Source of the DNA: Minutocellus sp. GHC0000111
Lineage: Eukaryota
Direction of reading: 5' to 3'
DNA length: 64,000 bases
NCBI GenBank assembly: GCA_977018835.1
Contig: OZ361258.1
Coordinates: forward strand, 4,960,001-5,024,000
Shown here one piece after another: positions 59,049 through 64,000 of the stretch (positions are counted from its first letter, which is position 1; the number at the start of each line of letters is the position of its first letter). The position numbers and the translations under genes were made by a program. The notes under the pieces were generated by a model. The model was not told the origin of the DNA, did not search any database, and saw only the letters and a program-made list of their open reading frames with translations.

Positions 59049-62000
59049 ATGACGACCGACTCATCAACGAAAGGCGAAGAGCGGCAGCAACAATCTGCGA
59101 ACAATCAAAATGACAATGAGGATGGTGTCCCACCCCTCTCCACGGTGCTGCCTCAGCTCGACGCCAAGCAGATGCGCTCCAGGATGCAGCAGCGCCGCCG
59201 TCGGAATCGGAGCAGCATGGGATCCGGCGGCGTCGGGGAGCTGGCCATGAGCGGGGGCGACTTGACGAGTTTGGCGTACAGTGCCAGCACGGCGTCGGGT
59301 GGTGGGAATGAGAGCAGCAATAAGGGAGGTGGGAGGCATCATCACGAGCGGGACAGCACCATGGCCTCGTCGCAGGGTGGCATCTTCTCGGTCGTGTCCG
59401 ACACAACAGGCGGTGGTGCTGACGGTGGTAGTGCGTCGGTATCTGCTTCAGCGTCTGCCTCGGCTTCGGGTGCCTCGGAATTCTTCCTACCCAACAGCAA
59501 GGATGGCGACAAAGGTACCGGTACAAGTCAAACTGCCAGTGAATCGATATTTCGCAAGGCAGTAGGCAGTGCTGATCCTGCCAAGATTGATCGTGCGGCC
59601 AGCGGGGGCGCCCTATCGACAGCGACAGGGGGAGCATCCGCGGCCGACGATCTCATCATATCTCCTTCTCCTTCCTATGACGACGAGGAGGCTGCAAAGA
59701 ACAACAAGACATCATCCTCATCGCCATCTCCAGAACCAATGTCCAAATCTCGCACAACCAACTCCGACATTACCAAATCTCCCAATGCCAGACGATTGTC
59801 GCCTTCTCACCCAGGTCTGCCACCGGCATCTCCACCCCTGGCCAGACCAAAGCCATCCATGGCCGGAAATACCTCACCCAACACAACAAGCCCCTACAGC
59901 AGCCCGAACCGACCCAGACCACACATATCGCCCAACCAACGGTACCACCGAAACCAACTCCAAGTGCAACATTTCCCGTCGCCCGGACGAGGTGGCGGGG
60001 CGTCATCGCCAAGCCTGTCCAACAAATCAGCATCGCCTGTCCTGTCCCCCCTCCAGGGGCAGCAGATCTCGCCGGGACTGTCTCCCGCCTTCTCACCTGC
60101 CGGGACAATCTCACCGGGCGGGTCACCGGGTGGATCTCCTAGACATCAGCTCCAATCAAGACGCGGAAGTGGGAAGCAACCGCCACGCATCCCCGTTATG
60201 AACCACCGGCAGCATCATCCGCCCATGGCACACCAGCCGCCGCAGCAGGGCTCACCGGCCGACAGCGAGGCCGAGGGGAGCCGCACCAGCGTCGGTGGCA
60301 ATTCCAACTACTCCTTCCGACCCCGCTTTGAGAGCAGCGACAGCTTCGTGGTGAGGAAGCAGTCCCTCGTGGTGGATTCCAGTGGCAACGATTCCGACTA
60401 CCAGCTGCCCACCCCTCCGAATCAGCAGTACGGCGGTGGTGGGCTGCCTCCTCAGCCGACGTCCGGTGGGAGTGGTGTGCTACCGGCCTGCCGTCAGCGG
60501 CTGGGGACGGATGAGATTATTGGCAATGCGCCGCCGGCTCACGATTTCTTTGGATCGTATCGTGAGATATCGCCAACTACCGGCACACTGCGGCAGGGAC
60601 AGTCGTCAAATCAACAGCAGCAGCCGCAACAGCAGCAGCAGCCGACGCAAGCATTCTTTGGTCCGAACGTTGGTGTCGGTGCGAACAGCTCTACCACGCC
60701 GACCTCTAACCAAGGTTCCAACTCAACGTTCCAGTCATCTCCGTCGGGTGTTTACTTTGGTGATTCGGCCGACGAACTCGGCTCTCATGCTGGGGGTTCC
60801 ATCGTCTTCACTAGCAGTTTTGACGGAACGGGCGCTCCTGGCCCAGGCAACCGACAGAGACTTGGAAGTCGAGATGGAGGGGTGCACCAGCAAAGTCAGT
60901 ATCAGCAGCAGCACGGACGAGCCCCGTCATGGGGTCAGAGCTCGACGCAAGAGTCTCTGGTACGGGTGGACTCTCAGAAGAGTATGCAACGGCACCGCCA
61001 GCAGTCTCACTGCCATCCGCACTCGCCTCGGAATGACCCGTATCCATCTCCTTCGGCAACCTCCCTCAATAATTATGGATCAACCCCGATCGGGGCCCTT
61101 CCCTACCATCAGCGTCGAAAGTTGATGCAGAAGCGGCGGGAGGAGGAGGAACGGACGGCCTACTAGCAACAAGAGCAGGAGAAGTACCAGCGGCGGATGC
61201 AGAATAGTGCAGGTGATCAGAGACAGTATCCTTCATACCGACGGGGAAGTAGCAAGCAGCAGAGCCGGGGGCAGCGACCTCCTACACCGACCAACAATGA
61301 GCCGTCGAATCTACCTCCCCGAAATCAAATGCAGAAGGGATCGACCTACCGGCGCAAGTCGCCAACCGCGGCCGGTGCCGCATCCGGGCCGCCGCCGCAT
61401 CCGAACCCATACCACAGCCGTACCCCCACGCACATTCGGGCAGAATCGACGGGCTCTGCATCGTCTCTGGGCTCCGCTGGCCCTGGATCACTCCACGCCG
61501 ACCAGTTGAAAGTGATGACCGATCAGCTCGGGCGGGACATCAAGGGCTTCCTTCAGGGTGGCAAGAATCAGGGCCAATACCAGCAACAGGAGCAGCCTCC
61601 GAAAGGAAAAGGTTTCTTTGCCGGCATCTTCGGGGCCGAACGATCACCGTCGCCTGTGAACATGTCTGTGGAAGATTATCACAATCGGAATCAAGCTTTC
61701 CTCCAGAAGACGGCGCCTCAGCGTGAATATATGGCTCAAAAGCGACGGGATCGAAGCCCGCAACGACGGTGAGCATGTCGTGAATAACTTTTGTTTGCCT
61801 CCACTACTTCATGATTCATTTGACTAACGCGACATGTTTTTTTAATCATCTTATAGAACTCGTGATCCATCACCGGGCCCACCTAGCGTCCAAGGTATGC
61901 ACCGAGCAAGGCTACCATCGATCGACGCTGATGATTGGGCTGATGATAAGGACGACAACTCTGGATCCAAGAATTCTGGTTCACGTTCTCGAGGCTCACG

Positions 62001-64000
62001 AGGTCAACGGACCGGCGACAGAGTTCGAAGAGGGGGTGGCCGAGATGATGCCTTCCGTTCCACCGTCCGTGCCGGCAATACTGCGTCGGCACGAGGGCGT
62101 CGCGATATGGATGCGTATGGAGCCACGGGCTTCACGTCGAGTGGCCGCATGGGTAGCAGCTCTGGTGATGATCTCAATATCGCGACTCGTGGTCGATCAA
62201 GAAACATTGAGCCAATCCGTCGAACTGATTCCGACTCTTACTTTTCCAGTGACTTTTCCGGCGACGATGAGAGCGATGCGACACCCTCGCAGTCCTCCTT
62301 TCTCAGTGCCAGCAGCCACACGGACGATGGATCCCAAAATGTGAACGAGAGGACCTCTTTGCTGCCTCCACCTGGTATTAGCTCCCACGAACCCCCGTCA
62401 CGTCAATCTCGAGCTGATCGCGCGTCATCTAGCCACGATAGGCGCTATCGTGACCGTCGAGAGAGAAGATCGAGGCGAAATCGTGATCGTCGATACAACC
62501 ATGACGAATCGCACGGAGGACGGCGGGGTGGCGAATCAAGATCGAGAGATGTTCGTCGACAACACCGATCGGACCGTCGAGATCGCTATCGTTACCGCCG
62601 GGAGCAAGAGTATAGCGACGACAGCGAAGACTACGAGCTATCCGCTTCGTCAGCGTCCTCATCGCAGTACCGCCGCTGGGCAAGGAAGAAGGACCGCCTT
62701 CTGGAGAGAGAAAAGGAAAGGCTCATCGCCCAGTGGAAGGCGGAGGAGGAGGCGCGTCGGCAACAAGAGGAGGCTAATCGCTGGTACAAACGCTTTGGCC
62801 GATGGAGTAGCGACCGCGCACATCGAATGGGCGTGGCAGCGAGCAAGTTCACGACCTTGACAGGGGCCTTCATCAGTAACATGCCTCTAACGATCAACGC
62901 CGTCGCTTTGGCAATCGCTGTGCTAGGCGTGGTGTGGTTCAAATTCGCCGAAGAGAACCTCGACAGCTGCATGCCCGTGCATTTCCATTCGCCGCAATGC
63001 ACCTTCCCCGAGTTTCCCGGATGCTTCTACTGCGATACCAGCACGGTCATGTACAAGGTGGCTGTGTACTTCCACTACGCTTGCTCTTTCGTCGCTGGTT
63101 GCATGGCTATGCTCTTCTTTGCCAAGGTCATCATTGCTCGACGTGTCGTCGTCGATGAGCTGAGCTCTCCCACGACGGCAGCACCAGCTGGCCTTATGTG
63201 CATGACCATGGTGTGTGTGTTTGCCGGTCGTGGCATTATTGGAAAGGTCCTCGTCACTTTGGCAGCCAGTATGCATCTCATGCTCGCCATGTGGTATATT
63301 TACATGGCCTTGGCATATCGAATCCTTCCCGATCCGTCTTGGTTCCCCAACACCATTGGCATTGGTCTAAGCGCTGTCAAGACATGGCTGTACTATCCGA
63401 TGGCCGGCCATTTTCTGATGGGCATTTCGTTGACGCTCATCTGCTTCTTCTTCCCAATCAGTCTTATCCGTGTTGCCATCAACAACAAGATCTCTGCTCC
63501 TGTTGGTTGGATTCAAATGTCGGCCCCGGCGGTGGCTTTGTATGCGCTGACAATCATGGCCCAGCCATCATTTGAAGAAGAACATCCCGACGTGACCAAC
63601 TTTCAGCGTGTTCATCGCATGGTGTACCTGCCCTGCATGCACGGGCTATTTGCGCTATCGATCATCGGTGCCATCTCGAGTGTCCAAAGTCTCTTTGCTC
63701 GCTGGGGAAGCATCCGAACCAAAGCATTTTGTCCAGCACATGCGGCATTTTGTTTTCCGACTCTAGCTCACGCCAATGCCGTACAAGCCTACCGCGGCGC
63801 CATCGATGCCTTTTCTGGTATTCCAGACGGCAGTCCGATCTTGGTTGCGATCTACATGTATTGGGTCTTTGTTCTGGTCGGTGGTACCATCACAACCTTC
63901 ATCATCACATCGAAGTTCATTTATCATTTGCCCGAGTGGACGCAGATTGATGTGTCCGACGAGATTGAGCCACCGGCTCCCAAGGAAACCATGATGAGAG
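59049..64000 (+). CDS. SLAC1/TDT-family anion channel-like protein with very long disordered N-terminus; in-frame TAG at 61164-61166; 3'-incomplete (exons 59049-61768, 61857->64000)
   Basis: The frame continues past TAG (TAY*QQEQEKY). Phase-2 intron GTGAGC...TATAG. The last exon is open to the window end with multiple TM helices and DELSSPTT..PAGL, PDPSWFPNTIG, IQMSAPAV and F.PAHAAFCFPTL motifs. Confidence 0.7.

Overview
Eukaryotic nuclear DNA, most likely from a diatom. Support: short GT-AG introns, ASAFAP-like bipartite plastid signals and a CoDi-type Copia remnant. Positions 1-10304 recur almost identically at 30632-40935 (offset 30,631; two substitutions found, no indels). The first copy stops inside the 3' end of a trypsin-like gene and joins directly onto a Copia RNase H/PPT/LTR remnant. 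The duplicated block holds two paralogous CRAL-TRIO genes with a basic C-terminal 'DPRM...GGF.F...QRKNNL.RR' module, a putative Crypton-like fragment, a truncated Kolobok-type transposon nested in a hAT-like MITE, and a HAD 5'-nucleotidase. Single-copy genes include FKBP, a NAA10-like GNAT, a ubiquitin-like/CaaX protein, an F-box/MBD4-like protein, an alpha/beta hydrolase, a BTB protein, trypsin, a sulfotransferase-like protein, a small thylakoid protein, an F-box/beta-helix protein, a GLTP protein, a class 3 lipase, a heme peroxidase and a SLAC1/TDT-like channel. The most striking item is a ~2170-aa spliced ORF joining an XPG/Asteroid-like PIN nuclease, a DEAH helicase and a tail resembling domain 4 of the selenocysteine elongation factor eEFSec. 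Several genes carry disabling lesions, so this may be a decaying haplotype or paralogous segment. All family assignments come from motif recognition by eye, not from database searches.
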